A stretch of DNA of 64,000 bases from Myxococcota bacterium (GTDB lineage Bacteria; Myxococcota_A; Polyangia; Polyangiales; Sandaracinaceae). Every line of letters starts with the position of its first letter. Position 1 is the stretch's first letter. Shown here piece by piece: positions 44,180 through 53,042 of the stretch. The notes under the pieces were generated by a model that was not told the DNA's origin, searched no databases, and saw only the letters and a program-made list of their open reading frames with translations. The stretch is taken from the NCBI GenBank assembly GCA_036149055.1, contig JAYZQJ010000074.1:1-64000 (forward strand). Direction: 5' to 3'. A program made the position numbers and the translations under genes.

Positions 44180-46186
44180 ATGGATCCGCTCTGCCCGCGC
44201 TCGGTCGTCGATACGGTTCGCACGGAGCAGACGGACCTGCCCCTGGACGTCGTGGAGGGGACCTACCCGTCGGATCTGCGCGGGCACCTCTACATGGTCT
44301 CGCCGGCGCACACCTTCGACGCCGACCCGGCCGCGCGCCGCACGACGCTGATGGTCGGCGATGGGCTCGTGACCCGCTTCGACCTCGAGAACGGGCCGAC
44401 GCTCACGAGCCGGCTCGCGAAGACCTTCGACTACGTCGCCGACGAGCTGACGCACACCGATCCGGACCTGCGCGCCTTCCGGTTCGAGAACGCCGGGCTG
44501 GTCCGCATCAGCCTGCTCGGCACGCGGGACTTCGCGAACACCGCGTTCGTGCCGATGAAGATCGGGAGCGAGCCCACGCGGCTGGTGCTCACCTACGACG
44601 CCGGCCGGCCGGTCGAGATCGATCCGGTGACCCTCGAGGTCGTCACCCCGGTGGGCGCGCGCGACGACTGGCGCCCCGAGGCGCTGCCCGACCAGGTCTT
44701 CCCCACCGTGCTGAGCCCGGCGCACCCCGCCTACGACCGCGCGACCGGCGAGCTGTTCACGCTCAACTACGGCCGCGGCATCGCCAACTTCGCGCTCACC
44801 GTCCCCATCGTCTACCTGCTGAGCAAGCTGCCCCGCTGGGCGCAGCACGCCTTCCACCAGGTCGCCACCCTGCTCGGCGTCGAGCAGGCGTACCGCTGGC
44901 TGCTCAAGCATTTCGAGCGCCTCACCACGCGGGTCGATCGCTGCCTCGAGCGCTTCCAGGACCGGTGCCTGCCGTTCTTGCCCGACACCTTCACCGACGT
45001 GGTGCGGTGGGACGGCAGCGGCGCCTTCGAGCGGTGGCGAATGGTCCTTCCGAACGGGCGCGAGGTCTCGATCGCGCAGTCGGTGCACCAGATCGCGGTC
45101 ACGGCGGAGCACGTCGTCGTGCTCGAGACCGGCTTCAAGATCGGCATGCAGTCGGCCTTCAACGACCCGTTCACGCCCGACGGCTTCGACATGCTGCTGC
45201 GCGCGATGCTGACCAAGCCGCAGCTCCCCTACACCGTGTTCTACGTGCTGAAGCGCGCCGACCTGCGGCCCGACGCCCCGCGCGGCGACGACGGCGTGCG
45301 GCGGGTGCCCTGCCGCCGCGTGCAGATCCCCGTCGAGGCCGACCACTTCCTCGCCGACTACGACGACTCGGGCGGCCTGATCCTGCACGTCGCCCACGCC
45401 CCGGCCACCGATCTCGCGGAGTGGATCCGCCCCTACGACCGCTCGCACTACGACGGCGGGGAGATCGACGACGCGCTGCACGGGATGCTGGCGGTCGGCG
45501 CGATGGACGTGGGCCGCTTCGGTCGCTACCGGATCGACGGCGACACCGGCCGGGTGCTCGAGTCGGACGTGCTCGCGGACGACGAGCTGGGCTGGGCGAT
45601 CGCGCTCTACGCCGGCCAGCAGCTCAACACCGAGGACGCGCTGCCGGATCGCATCGAGAACCTCTGGTGGTGCACCGAGGGCGTCTTCCCGGATCTGCTG
45701 ACCCGCTTCGTCTACGACCTCTACGAGCGCTACCCACACCGGCTGACCCCGCTGTCCGAGATGGCGAAGCTGGCCGAGGGCGGCCGGCCCTCGGGGGTGG
45801 TGCGCCTCGACACGCGCACGCTGACCATCGCCGACCGCTTCCCCCTGCCGAAGGGCGTGATGGCCGGCTCGCTCCAGCTCGTCCCCAAGCCGAACGCGAC
45901 CTCGGATCTCGACGCCTACCTCGTGGGCACGATGTACACCGACACGCGCACCGAGCTCTGGGTGCTGGACGCGGGGGACCTCGCGGCCGGGCCCGTCTGC
46001 AAGCTCGCCTCACCGAGCTGGCGCACCGGCTTCTCGCTCCACACCGCCTGGCTCCCGACCCTGCAGCCCCGCACGTCGAGCTACGTCGTCCGCGCCGAAG
46101 ACGACCTCCGCCGACAGGTCGAGGCGCTCGGAAACCCGGCGCTGACCGATCGCTTCGCTCAGGACCTCTACCCGCGATTTCCCTGA
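44180..46186 (+). CDS. Carotenoid oxygenase (RPE65/CCD) family protein
   Basis: 'EGTYPSDLRG', 'GDG', 'ANTA', and four candidate Fe-ligating His residues (AHP, VHQ, DHF, LHT). Confidence 0.8.
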   Translation: MDPLCPRSVVDTVRTEQTDLPLDVVEGTYPSDLRGHLYMVSPAHTFDADPAARRTTLMVGDGLVTRFDLENGPTLTSRLAKTFDYVADELTHTDPDLRAFRFENAGLVRISLLGTRDFANTAFVPMKIGSEPTRLVLTYDAGRPVEIDPVTLEVVTPVGARDDWRPEALPDQVFPTVLSPAHPAYDRATGELFTLNYGRGIANFALTVPIVYLLSKLPRWAQHAFHQVATLLGVEQAYRWLLKHFERLTTRVDRCLERFQDRCLPFLPDTFTDVVRWDGSGAFERWRMVLPNGREVSIAQSVHQIAVTAEHVVVLETGFKIGMQSAFNDPFTPDGFDMLLRAMLTKPQLPYTVFYVLKRADLRPDAPRGDDGVRRVPCRRVQIPVEADHFLADYDDSGGLILHVAHAPATDLAEWIRPYDRSHYDGGEIDDALHGMLAVGAMDVGRFGRYRIDGDTGRVLESDVLADDELGWAIALYAGQQLNTEDALPDRIENLWWCTEGVFPDLLTRFVYDLYERYPHRLTPLSEMAKLAEGGRPSGVVRLDTRTLTIADRFPLPKGVMAGSLQLVPKPNATSDLDAYLVGTMYTDTRTELWVLDAGDLAAGPVCKLASPSWRTGFSLHTAWLPTLQPRTSSYVVRAEDDLRRQVEALGNPALTDRFAQDLYPRFP

Positions 46187-46272
46187 CCGCTCCCATCTGG
46201 GGACTGTGTCGAACCGGCTCGAGCGGATATGTGGAGCGGGTCGCTTTCTCCTGGGGGGGTGGAGCGCGCCCC

Positions 46273-49158
46273 GTGTCCGAACCCGATCGCACCGCCTATC
46301 GCGCACACGTCCCCCTCCCGCCGGGCTGGCCGCCCGTGCTCGAGGGTCTGGGCGCGCGCGAGGCGAGCGGAGACGCGCCCGACCTGCTGTTCTGCGACGC
46401 GGCCAGCCTCGCGGGCGTCACCGCGGCCCTCGCCTCCACGCCCCGGCCGTCGTGGCCGCTGATCGCGCTGGTGGACGACGGGCTGCCGACCGCTCGGCTC
46501 GCCGCGCTCCTCGCCGCGGGCGCCGACGAGCACCTCCCGCGCGACCTCCCGGACGCCGCGCTCGAGCGCCGGCTGATGGTGCTGCTCGCCTGCGCCCGCA
46601 AGCGCCGGGAGGTGAACCTCGCCGCCGCGTTGACCGGGATCGAGACGCTCTTCCAGGACATCGGCGACGTCTTCGGCGACATCGTCTTCGTCGTGAACGC
46701 CGACATGTCCCAGACGCTCTACGTCAGCCCCGGGCTCGAGCGCATGGTCGGGATCCCGCGGGCCGTCGCCTACACCGACGCGATGGCGTACTTCGCCCGG
46801 GTCCACCCCGAGGACCGCGAGGCGTTGATGGGGCTGTCCACCGCCACCGCGCCCATCGAGCACCGGGTGGCCGGCGCCGACGGGCGCTATCGATGGGTGG
46901 AGACCCGGGTCGAGGCCGCGCGCGACGCGGACGGCACGCCGCTGCGATGGATCGGCGTGACCAGCGACGTCGGCCGGCGCAAGCGCGCCGAGGAGGACGC
47001 GAGCGCGCTCGAGGGCCTGCTCGACGGCGCGACGCTCGCGCTCGCGACCCTCCTGAAGGCGGGCGACGCGGAGGCGGCGATGCCGTCGGTGCTCGAGACG
47101 GTGGGGCGCGCGACCGACGCCCACCGCGTCTACACCGCGGTGCACGGCGTGAGCGACGAGGGCAGGCCGACGATCCGCTTCTCCCACGAGTGGCACGCCG
47201 AAGGGATCCCGCCGATCGACGACCCGGCGCTCTTCACCGAGCGGGAGATCGCCGAGGGCACCTCGCCGGTGATCGCCAAGCTGACGGAAGGGCGCACCCT
47301 CTCCGTGGTCACCGAGCAGATGAGCCCGTCGATGCGCGAGCGGATCGCGTCGACCGGCGCGAGGGCGGTGCTGATGGTGCCGATCGTGGTGCGCGGCACC
47401 TGCCGGGGTCACATCGGCTTCGTCGACTGCGAGCGGGCGCGCGCCTGGTCGACCCCGATGCGGCGCATCCTGCAGCTCACCGCCGCCGCCATCGGCACGG
47501 TCGCGCTGCGCGAGCAGGCCGAGCAGGAGGTCGCCACCCAGGGCGCGCGGCTCCGCGCGCTCTTCGAGGCGACCAACCCGGTGGCCTCGGTGCAGGCGCA
47601 GCTCGACGCGCTGCTCGAGACGGCGGTCACCGCCTTCCACATGGAGAGCGGCGTCATCCTGAAGCTCGACGCCGACGCGCGGCGGTGCGAGACGGTGCAC
47701 GCCCACCCAGCCGGCGGCTGGCTGCAGCCCGGGAACGTGGCCGAGGCGCCCGACGAGATGCTGAAGGTGGTCCGCGACCGGCGCGCGCGCCTCGCGGACG
47801 AGCCGTCGGAGGGCGTGTGCGAGTACGGCCGCGAGCGCGCCGTGCGCGCCACGATGACCGTCCCGATCCACGTCCGCGAGGAGCCGTGGGGCGTGCTGGC
47901 GCTGCTCCGCCGCTCCCCGCGGCCTCAGCCGTCGAACGAGGCCGACCGCGACTCCCTCGAGCTGCTCGGCCGGCTGGTCGGGCTGCTCCTCGAGCGCGAG
48001 GAGTGGGAGGCGGAGCGGCGCGCGCTCGACCGCCGCATGCAGGAGGCGCAGCGGCTGGAGAGCCTCGGCGTGCTCGCCGGCGGCGTCGCGCACGACTTCA
48101 ACAACCTGCTGATGGCGATCCTCGGCAACGCCGAGGTCGCCAAGCTCGACCTGCCGCCGGGGCACGCGGCGCGCGAGTCCCTCTCTCACATCGCGCTCGC
48201 GTCGCAGCGGGCCGCGGAGCTGACGCAGCAGATCCTGGCCTACGCGGGCAAGGCGCGGACGGAGCGCGAGGCGGTCGACGTCGGGCAGGTGGTGGCGGAG
48301 ATGGGGGAGCTGCTCAACGCGGCCTTGCCCAAGAACGCGACCCTGCGCATCGCCGAGTCGGGCGGGGTGCCGCCGATCGAGGCGGATCCGGCGCAGCTCC
48401 GGCAGGTGCTCCTGAACCTGCTCACCAACGCGTCCGAGGCCCTCGGCGGCGCGCCGGGCGAGATCACCCTGTCGGTCAGCGAGACCGACGCGGCGCCGGC
48501 CGGGCGCATCGGCGCCGAGGCCCTCGACGCGGCGCGCTGGGTCTGCGTGGAGGTGCGCGACACCGGCCGCGGCATGACGCCCGAGACCCTCGAGCGCGCG
48601 CTCGACCCGTTCTACTCGACCCGCGAGCAGGGGCGCGGCCTCGGGCTGGCGGTGGTGACCGGCGTGGTCCGCGGTCACGGCGCGGTGCTCGATATCGACA
48701 GCGCCCCCGGCGAGGGGACGCGCGTCCGCATCTACTGGCCGGTGGCGAGCGCGACGACCGCGGCCGCGGCGCCGGTCCCTCCGCCGGTGGACGGAGCGCT
48801 GCGAGGGCAGCGGGTGCTGGTGGTCGACGACGAGCCGCTGGTCCTCCGCGCGGTCGAGTCCCTGCTCAGCCGGGTGGGCGCGCGGGTGCGGGTCGCGCAC
48901 GACGGCGACGAGGCGCTGAGCGCGTTCGAGGCCGAGGGGCCGTTCGAGATGGTCATCCTCGACCTGACCATGCCGCGACAGCACGGCTCGGAGGTGCACG
49001 CCAAGCTGCGCGCGCGCCACGCCGCGCTCCCCATCGTGATCATGAGCGGCTACCCGGAGGACGGCCTCGCGACCGATCCGTACACCGCGTTCCTGCAGAA
49101 GCCCTTCCGCCCGCCGGAGCTCATGGAACGCGTGGAGTCGCTGCTCGTCCGAGGGTAG
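46273..49158 (+). CDS. Hybrid sensor histidine kinase (degenerate REC-PAS-GAF-GAF-HisKA-HATPase-REC)
   Basis: 'VHPEDRE' PAS, 'AHDFNNLL', 'NLLTNA', 'DTGRGM', 'GRGLGL', and a C-terminal REC with 'VVDDE...DLTMP...KPF'. Confidence 0.92.
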   Translation: MSEPDRTAYRAHVPLPPGWPPVLEGLGAREASGDAPDLLFCDAASLAGVTAALASTPRPSWPLIALVDDGLPTARLAALLAAGADEHLPRDLPDAALERRLMVLLACARKRREVNLAAALTGIETLFQDIGDVFGDIVFVVNADMSQTLYVSPGLERMVGIPRAVAYTDAMAYFARVHPEDREALMGLSTATAPIEHRVAGADGRYRWVETRVEAARDADGTPLRWIGVTSDVGRRKRAEEDASALEGLLDGATLALATLLKAGDAEAAMPSVLETVGRATDAHRVYTAVHGVSDEGRPTIRFSHEWHAEGIPPIDDPALFTEREIAEGTSPVIAKLTEGRTLSVVTEQMSPSMRERIASTGARAVLMVPIVVRGTCRGHIGFVDCERARAWSTPMRRILQLTAAAIGTVALREQAEQEVATQGARLRALFEATNPVASVQAQLDALLETAVTAFHMESGVILKLDADARRCETVHAHPAGGWLQPGNVAEAPDEMLKVVRDRRARLADEPSEGVCEYGRERAVRATMTVPIHVREEPWGVLALLRRSPRPQPSNEADRDSLELLGRLVGLLLEREEWEAERRALDRRMQEAQRLESLGVLAGGVAHDFNNLLMAILGNAEVAKLDLPPGHAARESLSHIALASQRAAELTQQILAYAGKARTEREAVDVGQVVAEMGELLNAALPKNATLRIAESGGVPPIEADPAQLRQVLLNLLTNASEALGGAPGEITLSVSETDAAPAGRIGAEALDAARWVCVEVRDTGRGMTPETLERALDPFYSTREQGRGLGLAVVTGVVRGHGAVLDIDSAPGEGTRVRIYWPVASATTAAAAPVPPPVDGALRGQRVLVVDDEPLVLRAVESLLSRVGARVRVAHDGDEALSAFEAEGPFEMVILDLTMPRQHGSEVHAKLRARHAALPIVIMSGYPEDGLATDPYTAFLQKPFRPPELMERVESLLVRG

Positions 49159-49179
49159 AGTCGCGCCGGGAGGTCCCTG

Positions 49180-49722
49180 ATGAGGTTCACGCTGGCGCTC
49201 ACCATCCTGGCGCTCTCGGGCTGTGGCGCTCCGGCCGACGAGGAGGCCGCAGTCACCGAGGAGACGGTCACCACCGGCGACGAGGCGCCCGAAGGCGAGC
49301 TCCCCGGGCCTCCGATGGCGTGGGAGGAGATGGACCACGACGCCCAGGCGCGCTGGATGATGACCGAGGTGGTGCCGCGCATGGAGCAGCGCTTCCAGGC
49401 CTACGACGGCGAGCGCTACGCGAGCTTCGGGTGCGCGACCTGTCACGGGCCCAACCCGCAGGAGGTCCAGTTCGAGATGCCGTCGCGCGCGCTCCCGGCC
49501 CTCCCCGCCACCGGGACGCCCGAGCAGCATCAGATGGTGCGCGAGTACCCGGAGATGGTCCGCTTCATGTTCAACGAAGTGCTGCCGACGATGCAGACGC
49601 TGGTCGGCGGCGCCGACTTCGACGAGGAGACCGGCGAGGGGTTCAGCTGCTACTCCTGCCACCCGCACGCCGGCGACGAAGGCACCACGCTCGTGCACCT
49701 CGAGGGCGAGCCGGCCGAGTGA
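49180..49722 (+). CDS. Di-heme c-type cytochrome lipoprotein
   Basis: LSGC lipobox. CATCH and CYSCH each follow a Met-containing repeated helix. Confidence 0.75.
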   Translation: MRFTLALTILALSGCGAPADEEAAVTEETVTTGDEAPEGELPGPPMAWEEMDHDAQARWMMTEVVPRMEQRFQAYDGERYASFGCATCHGPNPQEVQFEMPSRALPALPATGTPEQHQMVREYPEMVRFMFNEVLPTMQTLVGGADFDEETGEGFSCYSCHPHAGDEGTTLVHLEGEPAE

Positions 49723-50621
49723 GCGAGCAGGAAGCGCCGATCACCCTGGATCAGATCCAGGTGTTCCTGTGCGTCGTCGAGGAGGGCAGCTTCTCGGGGG
49801 CGGCCAAGCGGCTGCGTCGCGTGCAGTCGGCCATCAGCTACTCGATCGCGAACCTCGAGCGGCTCCTCGAGGTGGAGCTCTTCGATCGGTCCGGCCGGAA
49901 GCCGGTGCTGACCGACGCCGGGCGCGCGCTGGTGGCCGACGCCAAGGCGGTCGACGAGCGGGTGGATCTCCTGCACGCGCGCGCCAAGAGCATCTCGTCC
50001 GGGGTGGAGGCGCGGCTCAGCCTCGCCGTCGACATGCTCTTCCCCTCGCAGCCGCTCCTCGACGGCCTGCGCGCGTTCAACGAGCGCTACCCGCTGGTCG
50101 ACCTCCACCTCCGGGTCGAGGGGCTCGGCGCGGTGGTGCAGCTGGTCGACGAGGGCACCTGTCAGCTCGGCATCGCCGTCGACTTCGACACCTACCCTCG
50201 CTCGCTCACCGTGCGCCCGCTGTGCACCGTGCCCATGTCGCAGGTCTGCGCGCCCGACCACGCGCTCGCCCGGGTGGAGGGCCCGATCCCGGAGGACGTC
50301 CTGCGCCACGAGACCCAGCTCGTGGTGACCGACCGCAGCTCGCTGACCGAGGGCCGGGACCGCGGGGTCGTCTCCGAGCGCACCTGGCGCATCGCCGATC
50401 TGCACACCAAGCGCATGCTCCTGCTGAACGGCTTCGGCTGGGGCAACATGCCGGACCACGCCATCGCCAACGACCTCGAGGCGGGCCGCCTCGTCCGCAT
50501 CCAGCCGGCGCACCGGGCCGAGGACGTCGACGTGCCGCTGAGCGCCATCGCGCGCACCGCCGATCCGCCGGGCCCCGCGGCGAGCTGGCTCCTCGACCAG
50601 CTCGCCGAGCGCTGCGCCTGA
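49719..50621 (+). CDS. LysR-family transcriptional regulator
   Basis: 'GSFSGAAKRLRRVQSAISYSIANLE...LFDRSGR'. The GTG start overlaps the previous stop. Confidence 0.93.
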   Translation: MSEQEAPITLDQIQVFLCVVEEGSFSGAAKRLRRVQSAISYSIANLERLLEVELFDRSGRKPVLTDAGRALVADAKAVDERVDLLHARAKSISSGVEARLSLAVDMLFPSQPLLDGLRAFNERYPLVDLHLRVEGLGAVVQLVDEGTCQLGIAVDFDTYPRSLTVRPLCTVPMSQVCAPDHALARVEGPIPEDVLRHETQLVVTDRSSLTEGRDRGVVSERTWRIADLHTKRMLLLNGFGWGNMPDHAIANDLEAGRLVRIQPAHRAEDVDVPLSAIARTADPPGPAASWLLDQLAERCA

Positions 50622-50626
50622 GCCGC

Positions 50627-51049
50627 CTACCAGTCGACGGACTTCCGCGACTGCTTCCGCTCGCTGCGCTGCTTCTTGGCCTTGAGCCGACGCTCCTTGG
50701 CCCCGCGCGAGGGCCGGGTCTTCTTGCGCTTCTTCGGCGGGTGGAGCGCGCTCCGGATCAGCGCCGCGAGCTTCTCCCGCGCGTCCTCGAGGTTCCGGGA
50801 CTGGTCGCGGGTGGCCTGGCTGGTGATCTGGATCCGGCCCTCCCTGTCGAGCCGGTTCGCGGCCAGGCGACGCAGCCGCCCCTTCACCTCGTCGCGGAGC
50901 GCGGTGGTGCCCTCGAGGTCGAAGCGCAGGTCGACCTTCGTCGCGACCTTGTTCACGTTCTGGCCGCCCGGGCCGGAGGAGGTCGCGGCGCTCCACGAGA
51001 GATCCGCGCTCGGGATCACCGTACGCTGACTGACGGGGAGATCGTCCAC
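50627..51049 (-). CDS. arfB: Alternative ribosome rescue factor B (YaeJ)
   Basis: 'SSGPGGQNVNKVATKV' and a basic C-terminal tail 'PKKRKKTRPSRGAKERRLKAKK'. Confidence 0.93.
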   Translation of the reverse strand: MDDLPVSQRTVIPSADLSWSAATSSGPGGQNVNKVATKVDLRFDLEGTTALRDEVKGRLRRLAANRLDREGRIQITSQATRDQSRNLEDAREKLAALIRSALHPPKKRKKTRPSRGAKERRLKAKKQRSERKQSRKSVDW

Positions 51050-51059
51050 ACCGGCAGGA

Positions 51060-52988
51060 CTAGCGCCGCCCGAAGGCGCCGACCACCTCGATGTGGTCCT
51101 CGACCGTGCGCACGCTCGGAGCGATCGCGCCGAGCTCCACCCCGGACTCGAGCCCGAAGAGGCTGAAGACGGCGCTCGTCTGGAGGCTGGGGATGGGGAG
51201 CGTCGGCGCCCCCTCGTTCAGGGCGAAGCGCGCGGTGTGGTGCGCGAACGCCACGAGGAAGGCGTACGCCCCGGGTCGGTCGCCGGGCGGGAGCGCGGGG
51301 TCACTCGTCCAGCGCAGCTCGGTGATCTCGACGTCGCCGAACTCCGGGTCCTCGCCCGCGCCGGCGGTCAGCGTCGCGCGCGCGGTCGCCCCGAAGCGCA
51401 CCCGGGTGCCGTCGCCGTAGGGGCCGCCGGCCACCGTCATCGTCATGCCGCCGAGCTGCACCTCGACCTGGTCGCCGCCCACGCTCGAGGCGACCGGCGG
51501 CAGCGCCGAGCCCACCTGGATCATGTCCGGCGCGACGATCATGTCGGGGGCCACGATCATGTCCGGCGCGACGATCATGTCCGGGGCCAGGATCATGTCC
51601 GGCGCGACGATCCCCTCGACGCCGCCGGCCCGCCAGAGCCCGTGCAGGGCGAAGTTCATGACCGCCTCGCTCACCCGGTTGCCGACCGGCATCTCGGTGT
51701 CGCTCGCCGCCCGGACGGTGGCGCCGATGGCGACGCCCAGGCTCCGGCGATCGATCGGGGCGTCCTCCTCCGCGTGCCGGGTGCCGAGGTCGAAGACGAC
51801 CCCGGCGGGGCTGGCCTCGACGCCGGTGAAGAAGCTCTCGAAGCTGAGGCTCGTCATCGCCCCGTCGAGCCCGGGCACCGGGACCGAGGCGCCGAGCGAG
51901 CGCACGTCGATGCTGGAGAGCAGGATGTCGAGGAAGCCCGACAAGCCGGTCGCGGTGAAGCTGGCGATGCTCTCGCGCAGCGAGTCCCCCGAGTCCCGGT
52001 CGATGTGGTCGGCGACGCCTCTCTCGACGATCGACCGGTAGCTGGACGGCAGCCCGGGGAAGCTCGAGGTGACCGGGCCGGTGCGCACGCTCCGGACCTC
52101 GCGCACCGTCGCCTCGAGCTCGCCGTCCTCGTCGACGCCGAGATCGAGGTCGATCTCGAGCTCGATGAATTCGATGTCGATGTCGCCGGGCGTGGGGCCG
52201 AAGCTCCGGGGCAGGCCCGCGTCCACGATCTGCTCGCCCGAGACGTCGACCGAGAGCCGGATGCCCTCCACCCGGCCGAAGAAGCGGAAGCCGCCGTCGA
52301 TCGGCGCGAGGGTCGAGGTGCTGGCGCCCAGCACCGACGTGTCCCGGAAGTCGACCGAGCTGGCGAGCTCGCACGCGTCGTCGGCCCGGCGCTGGTCACA
52401 CGAGCGCGTCTTGATGTCGACGGTCGGCGAGCTGAAGCGCATGTCGAGCAGGGACTCGAGCGCCCCGCCCTGGAGCAGCGCGAGGAAGACGTCGTTCAGG
52501 CTCTGGATGGGCTCGGCGACCCCGTCGCCGTCGTCCACCGCCTCGGGGCCGAGGCGCATGGTGACCGAGCCCGGGAGCAGCTCCGCGTCGGGGTGGAAGC
52601 GCGGCGCGGCGAGGAAGGTGCAGAGCTCGGAGAACGTCCGGCCGTCGGTCGCCTCGAGCTCGACCTCGACGTGGTTCATGCCGTAGCGGGCGGCGACCGG
52701 GATCGTGACCAGCCCGAGCGCGTCGGGCTCGAGGTCGACCCCCTCGGCCGTGACGCGGGCCGCGAGCGACGGGTCCCCGACCGCCACCACCAGGCCGACC
52801 TCCTCGCCCTCGGCCGCCACCGTCATGGCGCCGTGCTCGGGGTTCACGCAGCGCAGCGACAGCGCCCGCGGGGGGCCCGCGTCTCCGGCGCCGGCGTCCT
52901 CGGGCGCGTCCACGCCTCCGTCGGTCGCGCCCCCGCCATCACACGCGGCGAGCAGCAACATGGCGAGCGCAATCGAGCTTCGCGGCAT
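51060..52988 (-). CDS. Hypothetical lipoprotein with an internal APDMI(V) tandem repeat
   Basis: LAAC lipobox and ATG at 52988. Confidence 0.7.
   Translation of the reverse strand: MPRSSIALAMLLLAACDGGGATDGGVDAPEDAGAGDAGPPRALSLRCVNPEHGAMTVAAEGEEVGLVVAVGDPSLAARVTAEGVDLEPDALGLVTIPVAARYGMNHVEVELEATDGRTFSELCTFLAAPRFHPDAELLPGSVTMRLGPEAVDDGDGVAEPIQSLNDVFLALLQGGALESLLDMRFSSPTVDIKTRSCDQRRADDACELASSVDFRDTSVLGASTSTLAPIDGGFRFFGRVEGIRLSVDVSGEQIVDAGLPRSFGPTPGDIDIEFIELEIDLDLGVDEDGELEATVREVRSVRTGPVTSSFPGLPSSYRSIVERGVADHIDRDSGDSLRESIASFTATGLSGFLDILLSSIDVRSLGASVPVPGLDGAMTSLSFESFFTGVEASPAGVVFDLGTRHAEEDAPIDRRSLGVAIGATVRAASDTEMPVGNRVSEAVMNFALHGLWRAGGVEGIVAPDMILAPDMIVAPDMIVAPDMIVAPDMIQVGSALPPVASSVGGDQVEVQLGGMTMTVAGGPYGDGTRVRFGATARATLTAGAGEDPEFGDVEITELRWTSDPALPPGDRPGAYAFLVAFAHHTARFALNEGAPTLPIPSLQTSAVFSLFGLESGVELGAIAPSVRTVEDHIEVVGAFGRR
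51519..51610. repeat. In-frame 18-bp tandem repeat x5
   Basis: GATCATGTCCGGCGCGAC-type units encoding APDMI[LVQ]. Confidence 0.9.
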
Positions 52989-53042
52989 CCGACCTCCCCA
53001 GCGCGGCCAGCATAGCACCGCGACGCGCCGGTCCCAGCGGGG

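Noticed and set aside
43028..45739. 903-aa methylase fusion
   Set aside because: The portion upstream of 44116 is the antisense frame of the carotenoid oxygenase.
44965..50621. Apparent giant proteins 44965..49158 and 46206..50621
   Set aside because: Their N-terminal parts are off-frame read-through. The real genes start at about 46273 (kinase) and 49719 (LysR).
50627..51049. arfB as part of the tRNA-like/attenuator stress system
   Set aside because: It lies about 7.6 kb away, separated by unrelated opposite-strand genes, and there is no evidence of linkage.
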